Below, piece after piece: positions 29,301-37,884 of a DNA stretch of 64,000 nt. The translations under genes and the position numbers were made by a program. The notes below the pieces were generated by a model, which was given only the letters and a program-made list of their open reading frames with translations, had not been told where the DNA came from and did not search any database. The first letter of the stretch is position 1, and each line of letters opens with the position of its first letter. This DNA comes from Candidatus Thalassarchaeum betae (GTDB taxonomy: Archaea; Thermoplasmatota; Poseidoniia; Poseidoniales; Thalassarchaeaceae), in contig PSPG01000001.1 in NCBI GenBank assembly GCA_003193925.1, positions 64,001 through 128,000 of the forward strand, read 5' to 3'.

Positions 29301-29366
29301 CCCTGCGTGGCACCGTCCATGAACTATCGTAAACCTCGCAGCACCGAGCCGGTTTCCAACAGCCCT

Positions 29367-30563
29367 ATGAGCGGTCAGTATCGCAGTGTCTCTGTGACCA
29401 AGCGCCCCAGAGGGATGTGCTGCGCAATCATCGTGATGCTGCTTGCAACCAGCCTAGTTGGCTGCTCGGGACTCAGCTCCACCACGCCCAACGCCCGAAT
29501 CAGTGCAGACAGGCAGGAGATCAACGTCGGCGAGACGGTGAATTTCGACGCCAGGGATTCGACCACTCCAGACCCCACCATCATTGACGAATACCGCTGG
29601 AATTTCGGTGACGGCGAGACTCGAGACACCAAGCAGGGAATCGTCGCCCACACCTATGAGATTGCAGGCTACCACGAAGCAGAGGTCATGGTGGTCAATG
29701 ACAACGGTGAGAGCGATACCGCTTCGCTTGCCATCTTCGTGAACTCGCCTCCTACTATCGAGCTTGAGATGCCCACCTACATCCGGGCCGGGGACACGGC
29801 GAGGCTGGACGCGAGCGGCTCGATTGACCCCGAGGGAGGCACTGTTGAGTTCATCTGGGACTTCGACTTGGGCTCGGACTCGGACGGCGATGGCGACCAG
29901 GCCAACGACGCCGATGCGACTTCTGCTTTCGTCGACCTGACGATTGAAAGTTCGGGCAATCGCACCGGCTCCGTCTCGGTAATCGATGACAAGGGAGCCG
30001 TGGACACTATGGTGTGGAGCCTGATGGTCATATCACGCACCTTCAACGTGGTCTGGGAGGAGCAGCACATCAGGGTCGAGTGGTCGGGCTACCTCGAGCA
30101 GGGGCAGAGTTACGAAATCAGCCACGAGCCTAGCGCGGGTGCGAGGATGATACAGGTCAACGCGACCCTCATACTCGCTCGTGACATTCTCCCGATCATG
30201 TGGCCCGAGGACAACTTCACCCTCTCACTCAACGTCCCCGAGACGGGTTGGAGCATATTCGCATCGACTCACCACGACAACCTCACCGAGAACGCGAGCG
30301 CATCCATCGACAGGGGAGACATGAACTCGCACCCCGAGAGTGACTACACCATCACCGCAGACTCGTCAGAGGGCTTGGTCGAGAACCTGCTCAACGAGCC
30401 CGGGGAGCGCTTCGGACAAGGCACCTGGTATTGGACGATAACCGCAGACCAATGCGACCCGGACCTGCCCGTGGACGATGTCGACCCGGACCAGGGCAAT
30501 GACTGGAAGCTCGTGGTCGAGTTCGTCATCCTGATTCCGAGGGTCAGCGAGATTGGCGTGTGA
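29367..30563 (+). CDS. PKD-domain lipoprotein
   Basis: Lipobox-like SLVGC; FDARDS, YRWNFGDG and HTY PKD motifs; second PKD-like LDASGS...WDFD. Start uncertain. Confidence 0.8.
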   Translation: MSGQYRSVSVTKRPRGMCCAIIVMLLATSLVGCSGLSSTTPNARISADRQEINVGETVNFDARDSTTPDPTIIDEYRWNFGDGETRDTKQGIVAHTYEIAGYHEAEVMVVNDNGESDTASLAIFVNSPPTIELEMPTYIRAGDTARLDASGSIDPEGGTVEFIWDFDLGSDSDGDGDQANDADATSAFVDLTIESSGNRTGSVSVIDDKGAVDTMVWSLMVISRTFNVVWEEQHIRVEWSGYLEQGQSYEISHEPSAGARMIQVNATLILARDILPIMWPEDNFTLSLNVPETGWSIFASTHHDNLTENASASIDRGDMNSHPESDYTITADSSEGLVENLLNEPGERFGQGTWYWTITADQCDPDLPVDDVDPDQGNDWKLVVEFVILIPRVSEIGV

Positions 30564-30615
30564 TGCGCTCGCGGTCGTTGGCGAAGGGCTTTGAACTCGC
30601 CCCCGATGGCGATGC

Positions 30616-30969
30616 ATGGTCAAGTCCATGGAGATAACCAAGGTCTCCCTGCGCAAACGACTGATCGTCGACGCCGAGGTCTGGATGAACGACCCGAAGG
30701 ACTACGACTTCTCCCCTAGAGTAGACATCGAGGGCAACACTCTGAGCCTGAGGAACGAGGGTGACGAAGGTGCCTCGACCAGCATCGTGCTGGACTCTGA
30801 GCAGATGAACGTAGCCGAGCGAGACCGCATGCTGGAGCTGCGCGTCAAGTTCGCGGTCGAGGGCATGCACGGTGTGCTGACTCACAAGATCAAGAACACC
30901 AGAATCGCCCCCAACGCCAAGAAGCTGGCCGAGCCGAGGTGGAAGACCGTGCTCCCGCTGAGCATGTGA
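30616..30969 (+). CDS. Hypothetical protein
   Basis: 117-aa ORF with host-like GC3 bias and a TTTGAA box 26 nt upstream. Confidence 0.7.
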   Translation: MVKSMEITKVSLRKRLIVDAEVWMNDPKDYDFSPRVDIEGNTLSLRNEGDEGASTSIVLDSEQMNVAERDRMLELRVKFAVEGMHGVLTHKIKNTRIAPNAKKLAEPRWKTVLPLSM

Positions 30970-31022
30970 TTGCCGCCCGATACCGTCGGGGTTAAACAGA
31001 GGCCGCCGGTGGAAAACGCGCT

Positions 31023-31099
31023 GGACCCATAGTGTAGCCTGGATATCACATGAGCTTGCGGAGCTCGTAACCCGTGTTCGAATCGCGGTGGGTCCGCCA
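31023..31099 (+). tRNA. tRNA-Arg(GCG)
   Basis: Acceptor stem GGACCCA/TGGGTCC, anticodon arm TGAGC-TTGCGGA-GCTCG, TTCGAAT, encoded CCA. Confidence 0.95.
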
Positions 31100-31162
31100 C
31101 CCCGCACTCAGCGCATAGCATAGCGACCGATTCAATTAGGTGAGGTCCTTGGCCGCGTCACT

Positions 31163-31239
31163 GGACCCATAGTGTAGCCTGGATATCACTCCAGCCTCCG
31201 GAGCTGGAAACCCGTGTTCGAATCGCGGTGGGTCCGCCA
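31163..31239 (+). tRNA. tRNA-Arg(CCG)
   Basis: Same body as the previous tRNA; anticodon arm CCAGC-CTCCGGA-GCTGG; encoded CCA. Confidence 0.95.
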
Positions 31240-31282
31240 CTCCGCTCACAGCGTTCAAGCACCTGATGCCCGACCCGGCTGC

Positions 31283-31699
31283 ATGACCTTCACCTCGGCG
31301 CGCCGGGTCGACTTCCCGATGATCGACATGGCTGGCATCATCTACTACCCCCAGTTCTGGGATTTAGCGCACAGGTTCTACGAGGAATCCTGGGAGCACT
31401 CCTGCGGGATGCACTACGACGTCATCCTGAACGAGCACAGGATTGGCTTCCCCCTGGTTCACAGCGATGCCCAGTTCCTCCATCCGCTGAGTTACGGCGA
31501 CACCGTTCATTGCACGATCACCGTGCCACGCATCGGCAACACCTCGGTGACGTGGCGCTACGAGTTCCGCAACCAGGACGACGTTCTGTGCTGGACCTCG
31601 GACCAGGTCACCGTCTGCGTGGACATGGAGGACGTCAAGCAGAAGATTCCAGTCCCAGATTGGATGCGCGAGGGACTCGCGAAACTCGCACCCCAGTGA
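31283..31699 (+). CDS. Acyl-CoA thioesterase (4HBT/YbgC family)
   Basis: IDMAGIIYY, FLHPLSYGD and IGNTS motifs. Start ATG 31283, because the ORF-track start lies inside the tRNA. Confidence 0.88.
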   Translation: MTFTSARRVDFPMIDMAGIIYYPQFWDLAHRFYEESWEHSCGMHYDVILNEHRIGFPLVHSDAQFLHPLSYGDTVHCTITVPRIGNTSVTWRYEFRNQDDVLCWTSDQVTVCVDMEDVKQKIPVPDWMREGLAKLAPQ

Positions 31700-32086
31700 C
31701 TACCGCCTCGGCCAATTCTTGGCGAGCGCCTTGCGAAGCGAGTCATCCATCTTGGCATCCCACCAGTTCGCATCGCGCCAGACCGCGTACTTGCCGCGGA
31801 TTCCCCGCATGTCAGCACCGTCGAGGCGCGCTCCTTGCAGGTTGGAGAACGATAGCTTCGCCTTGACCATCCTAGCCCCACGCAGGTCAGCACCGTCTAG
31901 AGCCGCCTTCATCAGATTCGCACCCCTCAATGACGCATTTCGCAGGTCCGCACCTGAGAGGTTCGCTGCCTCAAGGTCAGATCCGTCGAGCACCGCCCTG
32001 CGAAGGTCGGCACCGGCCAACTCGGCCCCCCTGAGGTCGGCATCGATATGTGATGTGAAGGACCAGTCCTTCGGCGGTTCTGTCAC
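31700..32086 (-). CDS. Pentapeptide-repeat protein
   Basis: Tandem A(D/N)LxG repeats. Confidence 0.9.
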   Translation of the reverse strand: MTEPPKDWSFTSHIDADLRGAELAGADLRRAVLDGSDLEAANLSGADLRNASLRGANLMKAALDGADLRGARMVKAKLSFSNLQGARLDGADMRGIRGKYAVWRDANWWDAKMDDSLRKALAKNWPRR

Positions 32087-32095
32087 GGTATCAAC

Positions 32096-32638
32096 TCACA
32101 GCGACATCTTCTCGAGGTGGTCGATACCAGCGTCAGTCAAGACGACGTAGCGATTCTTCTCGGGCATGTCCTTGGGATATTCCAACATGGGTGACTGATC
32201 CGAACCCCCCTCTAGCATCCGGCTGATGTACAGCGACAGGTTCCACTTCGAAACGTCCTCTTCCGTCCACTTCTTGCTCTGGGAGATTAGTTTCCTCAGG
32301 TCGCGTGGAGGCGTGTCTGACTCCTTTTCGACGGACCTGAGGTAGTGGATGGCGGCTAGAATCACGTTGCTCTTCTTCTCGATACCACAGGTGTCGATCA
32401 GGCGCCTGAAGGCCGAGCCGCGCTCCGGTATGCCGCTCCTTATCGCGACTTCGCGCGCACTCTCGATGGCTTCCTGCCTAGCCACGCGTATTCTAGAGAG
32501 GGTCGACTGCCAAGTGTCCTGTTTGGTGATGTTCAGCCATGCGTCGTTCACTTCACGGGCGGAGCCCGAGAGGTCAATCTCCTCAGATCCCGCCCTGATG
32601 TATATTCTGCCCACGCCACTGCTTCTGATTCCGCCCAT
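32096..32638 (-). CDS. Hypothetical protein, possible winged-helix C-terminus
   Basis: 180-aa ORF ending YVVLTDAGIDHL, which resembles the LTxxG wing motif. Confidence 0.6.
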   Translation of the reverse strand: MGGIRSSGVGRIYIRAGSEEIDLSGSAREVNDAWLNITKQDTWQSTLSRIRVARQEAIESAREVAIRSGIPERGSAFRRLIDTCGIEKKSNVILAAIHYLRSVEKESDTPPRDLRKLISQSKKWTEEDVSKWNLSLYISRMLEGGSDQSPMLEYPKDMPEKNRYVVLTDAGIDHLEKMSL

Positions 32639-32772
32639 GCTACCCCCCGGCTATGCGTCTTCGATGTTAATTTGTCGCTGCGTTCCATAACAGGGAGCAA
32701 CGCGAATCCGGGGGCTATGGGAGTCATGTTCATCGGGGGATTCAATAAACCCCGATTGAGGGGAGCAGTTCG

Positions 32773-33543
32773 ATGGAAGAGTACTCGAGCGGCGCCTACC
32801 CTCTCGTGCTTCACGCAGGGGCCGATCCTTCTCGTCTGGGCGGTACCGCCGTGTGCGGCTTCTCCACCGTGGGGTCCGTAGGCGTCATAGCGACCTCCCA
32901 CCTCATCCAGACTCTGGAACTGAGCCCGATGGGCACAGTCATGCACCCTAAGTTCCCAGCCATCGCGCTGATTCACGATACCGTTCCGAAGCATCCTGTT
33001 CGCGTGTATCAGGGTGACGGAATCGGCGTCTTCACCGCCGAGATACAGTTCCCGAGCGAGAACGACGTCTACTTCGGAGAGACGGTCTTGGAGTGGTTCA
33101 CCAAGGGCGGCTTCGACCGTCTGATTGTAATTGACGGCGTTGTCAGCAACGATCTAGGAATCAAGGAGGACAGCGATCTTTGGGGAGTCGCCTCGACTCA
33201 GATGAGCCGGGACCAGCTCGACGATGCCGGCATCCAGCAGATCCAGCAAGGCATCGTCGCAGGAATAGCCGGCTACCTGATTGCAGAGGGCGAGAGGAGA
33301 GGACTGGATGTCACTGCTCTACTCGCCGAGTGCAATCCGATGTACCCCGATGCCAGAGCCGCGCTCATCGCGGTCGAGGGGCTGAGCGAACTGGTGGACC
33401 GGGAAATCCCCGTTCAGGGACTTCTGAACGACGCTCGCAACATCGAGGAGCGTGTGCGAGATGCCTTCGAGCGAGCACAGTCGATGGCTCTGCCGCCTCC
33501 TGATTCGGACGATGATGACGACAATGTCCCAATGGTCTCCTGA
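32773..33543 (+). CDS. PAC2 family proteasome assembly chaperone (no HbYX)
   Basis: GFSTVGSVGVIA, HPVRVY, GIAGYL and PDARAA motifs; ends VPMVS. Confidence 0.88.
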   Translation: MEEYSSGAYPLVLHAGADPSRLGGTAVCGFSTVGSVGVIATSHLIQTLELSPMGTVMHPKFPAIALIHDTVPKHPVRVYQGDGIGVFTAEIQFPSENDVYFGETVLEWFTKGGFDRLIVIDGVVSNDLGIKEDSDLWGVASTQMSRDQLDDAGIQQIQQGIVAGIAGYLIAEGERRGLDVTALLAECNPMYPDARAALIAVEGLSELVDREIPVQGLLNDARNIEERVRDAFERAQSMALPPPDSDDDDDNVPMVS

Positions 33544-33544
33544 C

Positions 33545-34117
33545 CTAGTAGAATGGGTTAGTACCAGCAGCGTGGTCGGTGGCGTCGACGACCTCGGAGA
33601 TTCCGGGTACATTGTCAATGATCATGCCCTCGACGCCCTGCTTGAGGGTGACATCCACCATGCCGCACCCCTGACAACCACCGCCGAAAGCGATGATGGC
33701 CTTGCCCTCATCGACCCCTATCAGGTCGACGTGGCCACCGTGTGAGGCGACTACGGGGTTGACCTCGCTTGCGATAATCTCGGCCACGGCCTCGGAGAGT
33801 TCGTCCATCCACAGTGGGTTCGGGTTGTCGAAGCTGAAGCCGCCCCCCATGAGCGTCTCCTTGTAGTCGAGGGTGGTACCCTCGAGATACTTGGCGCTCC
33901 TTGCGGCGACCAGGATTCGCATGCCCTCGATTTTCAACTCGATGTCATCCTCCTTGGTATCCTTTGTCCCAATGAACTGCAGGTCGTACTGGAAGCCCTT
34001 GGGACCCCTTCCGATTATCTCGACTCTGAGGCACAGCTCGCTGGCCTCATCGGCCTGCGAGGCGAATTGGTCGAGCATCTCGCGTGCCTTCGGGCTGATA
34101 CTCAGCATGGGACTCAA
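33545..34117 (-). CDS. nfuA: NfuA-like Fe-S carrier (degenerate A-type domain plus NifU domain)
   Basis: N-terminal HesB-like domain without the canonical Cys motifs (LEGTTLDY...FDNPN); C-terminal SHGG and GGCQGC. Confidence 0.87.
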   Translation of the reverse strand: MSPMLSISPKAREMLDQFASQADEASELCLRVEIIGRGPKGFQYDLQFIGTKDTKEDDIELKIEGMRILVAARSAKYLEGTTLDYKETLMGGGFSFDNPNPLWMDELSEAVAEIIASEVNPVVASHGGHVDLIGVDEGKAIIAFGGGCQGCGMVDVTLKQGVEGMIIDNVPGISEVVDATDHAAGTNPFY

Positions 34118-34195
34118 TAGCCGGCTGGTGCAGCCCTTTATTCAACCTGTCCGAGAACAGGCAAGCCTCATCACCGGAAGGCCCCACGCTGTAAC

Positions 34196-35206
34196 ATGAC
34201 CGACTCGGGAGTGCTCGACCAACTGGGCAGACCCCTCCGAGACCTGCGGATATCGGTCACTGACAGATGCAATTTCAGATGCAGGTACTGCATGCCCCGA
34301 GAGCGCTTCAACGAGGACCACACCTTCTTGCCCCGGCGCGCTTACCTGTCGTTCGACGAGATTGAGAAGGTGGTGCTCGCCTGCAAGCCGCTCGGGCTGG
34401 AGAAGGTCCGCATAACCGGCGGCGAGCCCCTGCTGCGCCCCGACCTGCATGAATTGGTCAGACGCCTTTCCTCCACCGGCGTCGAGGTCGCTCTGACAAC
34501 AAATGCCTCCCTGCTGCCGAGGCAGGCGGCCAGACTTGCCGAGGCCGGTCTCGACCGAGTCACTGTCAGCCTCGATGCGCTGGACTCGAAAATTCACTCG
34601 CAGATGACGGACAGCAGCATCCCGGTCGAGACCGTGCTCGAGGGCATCGATGCGGCACTGCGGTCCGGTTTGGCTCCCGTCAAGGTGAACTGCGTGGTGC
34701 AGCGCGGCGTCAACGAGACAGAGGTCGCACCGCTGGTCCGGCGCTTCCGCGGGACCGGGATTACTGTGCGTTTCATCGAGTACATGGACGTGGGCAGGAC
34801 CAACGGATGGCAGCTCGGGCATGTCGTCCCTTCCGCAGACCTGCTGGGATACCTGCAGGGCGAGTTCGACCTGACCCCGGTCGAGTCCGACAGGCCCAGT
34901 GATGTCGCCCGCCGCTGGGCTCACTCGGATGGCTCGGGCGAGATTGGCTTCATCTCATCTGTCACCGAGCCGTTCTGCGGAGATTGCGTGCGAGCGCGCC
35001 TGTCGGCCGATGGCAGGCTCCACACCTGCTTGTTCGCTTCCGGTGGCCATGACCTCAGGGCCATCGTAGAGAATGGGGCTGAGGGGCAGCAACTGACCGA
35101 GGCGATCGCTGCGATATGGAGAAGGAGAGCCGACCGTTACAGCGAACTGCGCTCGGAGGAGACGTCCGCCCTGCCTCGGATCGAGATGTCTTACATCGGC
35201 GGCTGA
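34196..35206 (+). CDS. moaA: GTP 3',8-cyclase (molybdenum cofactor biosynthesis)
   Basis: CNFRCRYC radical-SAM motif, TGGEPLLR, FCGDCVRARL...C and C-terminal MSYIGG. Confidence 0.96.
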   Translation: MTDSGVLDQLGRPLRDLRISVTDRCNFRCRYCMPRERFNEDHTFLPRRAYLSFDEIEKVVLACKPLGLEKVRITGGEPLLRPDLHELVRRLSSTGVEVALTTNASLLPRQAARLAEAGLDRVTVSLDALDSKIHSQMTDSSIPVETVLEGIDAALRSGLAPVKVNCVVQRGVNETEVAPLVRRFRGTGITVRFIEYMDVGRTNGWQLGHVVPSADLLGYLQGEFDLTPVESDRPSDVARRWAHSDGSGEIGFISSVTEPFCGDCVRARLSADGRLHTCLFASGGHDLRAIVENGAEGQQLTEAIAAIWRRRADRYSELRSEETSALPRIEMSYIGG

Positions 35207-36522
35207 GGCTTGGTCGAGGCGCCTACGATCGCATCCCAGGGAGCATCGGTACGGAAGGCGGGCTTGCCGTAGTGCGCGACTGCCGCTCTATGACCAGCCT
35301 CGCGGAGAGCGTCGACCATGGCTCTCGGGCTGGGGGGGGAGCCGGAGCCGAGCCAACTCGACAGGTCATCGACCAGAATCAGGTGAGCAGCGTCGATGAC
35401 CTCTGCCTCCTGTGAGATGTGCCTGACACTGCGCGCGACGCGCCTGCACTCGTAATCGAAGTCCCGGTCCGACCAGCCGACTGGATCGTCCTCGGCAACG
35501 GGGGGGCCACACATCTCCAGAGCCCGCTCCTCGGTGAGCGAAGCCATCGCATCGCGCTGGCCGATGGACCCGATCCACAGCGGCCCGGAGACCCGCTCGT
35601 CAGAGCGTCCGATGGGGTGAGATAGGGGTAGAAAGCAGTGCATCGGCAGCGAGTCCAGAGAAGTCTGGGGATGCAACCCAGTTGAAATCGACGAGCCGAC
35701 CTCTTCTGCGGTCGGTGAGCTGACCCTCCAGCCAAGTGAGTCCTCGACTTCATTGGCCCCCTCGACGCCGCGCCTCACACAGACCGAGACCCTGAGGAGG
35801 TGGGAATCCCAGATCGACATCAGTGGCTCAATCGATCTCTCATGCCGCGCGGCCGCCCTCGCAAGCGTGGCCAGAAGCACCCGAAGGCCCGAGTCGTGCG
35901 CCAGCCCGTCCGTTCGCACACGCGCTCCATAGCGGCGCAGTAGCGCGCTTTTCGAAGAGCCGGTCAGAGCTGCGCTGTCCGTCGCGCTGACTTCCATCAC
36001 GCCCCTCCTGGCCAGTGACTGGATGGCTGTGTCGAGGAAGGGGAGGGGAGGCCCGTACGGGTCGATGTCGACCCAGTGCCGACCGTGCTCCAGCACGGCT
36101 GTTCTCAGGTCGCCTAGGTGCGCAATCAACTCGCCCTCGCCGTGCTCGGGCGGGAACTCCTCGTGGCACCTCATAGCCCAGTCCAGAGCGACAGGATCCA
36201 TGTCGCCCATCGTCGCGCTGATGCGGGCGGCGCTGTCCGCCGGGAGCTCGTTCAGCCAGCGTCTGGCCCGCAAGCCAGAAGCGGACAATCCGTCCAGAGC
36301 GTAGAGCGTTCCTTCACCGAGCAGGCCAGCCTCGATTGCATGCTGCATCAGCAGGACGCTGCGGGTCCTGCTGCCGGCCATCGCGGGGTTGTGGAAGACC
36401 GCTCCCTCACCCTTCGCAGCAGGTCCCAACCCCGCCCCCGCAGGATCGACTGCCAACCGGCACAGAGTACGCCCCTCGCGGTGCAGCACACCGGGCCAGC
36501 CTTCGGGCTCTGGCGATTCCAT
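35191..36522 (-). CDS. trm1: tRNA (guanine26-N2)-dimethyltransferase
   Basis: VFHNPAM..SR, LSASGLRARR, VDIDPYG, SATD, GLRVLL and C-terminal FRTDAP motifs. Confidence 0.85.
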   Translation of the reverse strand: MESPEPEGWPGVLHREGRTLCRLAVDPAGAGLGPAAKGEGAVFHNPAMAGSRTRSVLLMQHAIEAGLLGEGTLYALDGLSASGLRARRWLNELPADSAARISATMGDMDPVALDWAMRCHEEFPPEHGEGELIAHLGDLRTAVLEHGRHWVDIDPYGPPLPFLDTAIQSLARRGVMEVSATDSAALTGSSKSALLRRYGARVRTDGLAHDSGLRVLLATLARAAARHERSIEPLMSIWDSHLLRVSVCVRRGVEGANEVEDSLGWRVSSPTAEEVGSSISTGLHPQTSLDSLPMHCFLPLSHPIGRSDERVSGPLWIGSIGQRDAMASLTEERALEMCGPPVAEDDPVGWSDRDFDYECRRVARSVRHISQEAEVIDAAHLILVDDLSSWLGSGSPPSPRAMVDALREAGHRAAVAHYGKPAFRTDAPWDAIVGASTKPQPPM

Positions 36523-36572
36523 GCTGGCCCGAGAAGCCTATCGCACAAGGTATTGACGACGCCGAAAACGGC

Positions 36573-37682
36573 TCAGTAGTGCTCGAAGACCACACTCTGA
36601 TCAGAGTGGGTGACCCTTCTGCCACTGTCCTTCACGACCCCTATCCTGCGAGTCCCCGGAAGCCGCTCTGCCAACCACCGTGTGACCGAGTCAGCCACAG
36701 TCTCGGAGACAGCGAGGACCATCCCCATCCCCATGTTGAAGGTGCGGTGCATCTCCCTGCTCTCGATCGAGCCTGCCTCGGCTAGCCATCCGAACTCGGC
36801 AGGCACAGGCAGTGGATCGTCGATGTGCCATCCCAGAGTCTCGTGCAGCCTCAGCAGGTTGGACAGGCCACCCCCGGTGATATGCGCCATCGCCTTGAGA
36901 TCGGCCGATTCGCAGGGCCCGTCGCCGTTCCTGCAGGCCAGCACTAGGTCGACCAGCGGGTCGACGTAGATCCGAGTAGGATTCAGAAGCACCTCTCCGA
37001 GGGTGATGGGACCCTCGCTTCCGCGACCCCGTACGATTCCTCGAGCATCGTGTTCTGGATCAAAGGGAGCAGCCTCGTCGAGTGAGGCGCCAGAGCGCTC
37101 GACCACCGCACGTACCAGTGTGTAGCCGTTGGAGTGGATGCCGCTGCTCGGAAGCCCAATCAGGACGTCGCCTCCTTCCAGCCCCTCACCGGTGATTGCA
37201 TGACCGGCGGGGAACCATCCGAGGGCGGTGCCCGAGAGGTCCAGTTCGGTGACTATCCCCGGAAGGGTAGCCGTCTCTCCCCCGGCCAGCGTAACTCTGG
37301 CCGCCCGGCAGCCTTCAGCCAGCGAGACCCCGAGTACCGAGTGGACCTCCGGATCAGTCTTGGGGACGGCGATGTAGTCGACGAAGGCGAGTGGCTCAGC
37401 ACCCACGCAGATCAGGTCGTTGACGTTCATCGCGACGCAGTCGATTCCGACCCCCTCCAATCTCCCCAATTCACTGGCCAACTGGAGCTTGGAACCGACC
37501 CCGTCGGTAGCCAGCGCGAGCGAAGAGTCTCCGAACTCGACGATGCCCCCGAATCCTCCTGGCAGAGGCACGGGCGCACCCTTCTGGCCCGGGGCCCTCG
37601 TAGAGGAGCCCAGAGAGTCAATCAGGCTGGCGACCGCACGGCTCTCGGCATCGATGTCCACACCGCTGGAAGCGTAGTCCAT
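36573..37682 (-). CDS. purM: Phosphoribosylformylglycinamidine cyclo-ligase (AIR synthase)
   Basis: MDYASSGVDI, TDGVGSK, GGETA, SSGIHSNG, HITGGG and TFNMGMG motifs; start ATG 37682. Confidence 0.96.
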   Translation of the reverse strand: MDYASSGVDIDAESRAVASLIDSLGSSTRAPGQKGAPVPLPGGFGGIVEFGDSSLALATDGVGSKLQLASELGRLEGVGIDCVAMNVNDLICVGAEPLAFVDYIAVPKTDPEVHSVLGVSLAEGCRAARVTLAGGETATLPGIVTELDLSGTALGWFPAGHAITGEGLEGGDVLIGLPSSGIHSNGYTLVRAVVERSGASLDEAAPFDPEHDARGIVRGRGSEGPITLGEVLLNPTRIYVDPLVDLVLACRNGDGPCESADLKAMAHITGGGLSNLLRLHETLGWHIDDPLPVPAEFGWLAEAGSIESREMHRTFNMGMGMVLAVSETVADSVTRWLAERLPGTRRIGVVKDSGRRVTHSDQSVVFEHY

Positions 37683-37884
37683 CGGCTTGTCTCCCACACC
37701 CCTCCGGGAGGGGCTGCACCCCATCATCCTCACTATCGCCGAACCTCGCGCAGGCCCCTGGGAACACCCGAAATCGCACATTTCTCGCCAATATTATTGA
37801 CCCAAACGGTTTACCTGTGGTAATACTCACGAATCTCTATAACCGGTACACATTGTCGCGGGCGCCACTGGAGCGTGAAACGCT

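Noticed and set aside
24399-30969. Integrated element between tRNA-Pro and tRNA-Arg carrying ligA
   Set aside because: I saw no duplicated tRNA 3' end and no integrase. The region has host-like composition and housekeeping content.
31021-31240. Direct repeat read as a CRISPR array or att site
   Set aside because: Both copies are complete tRNA genes with different anticodons, and no integrase is nearby.
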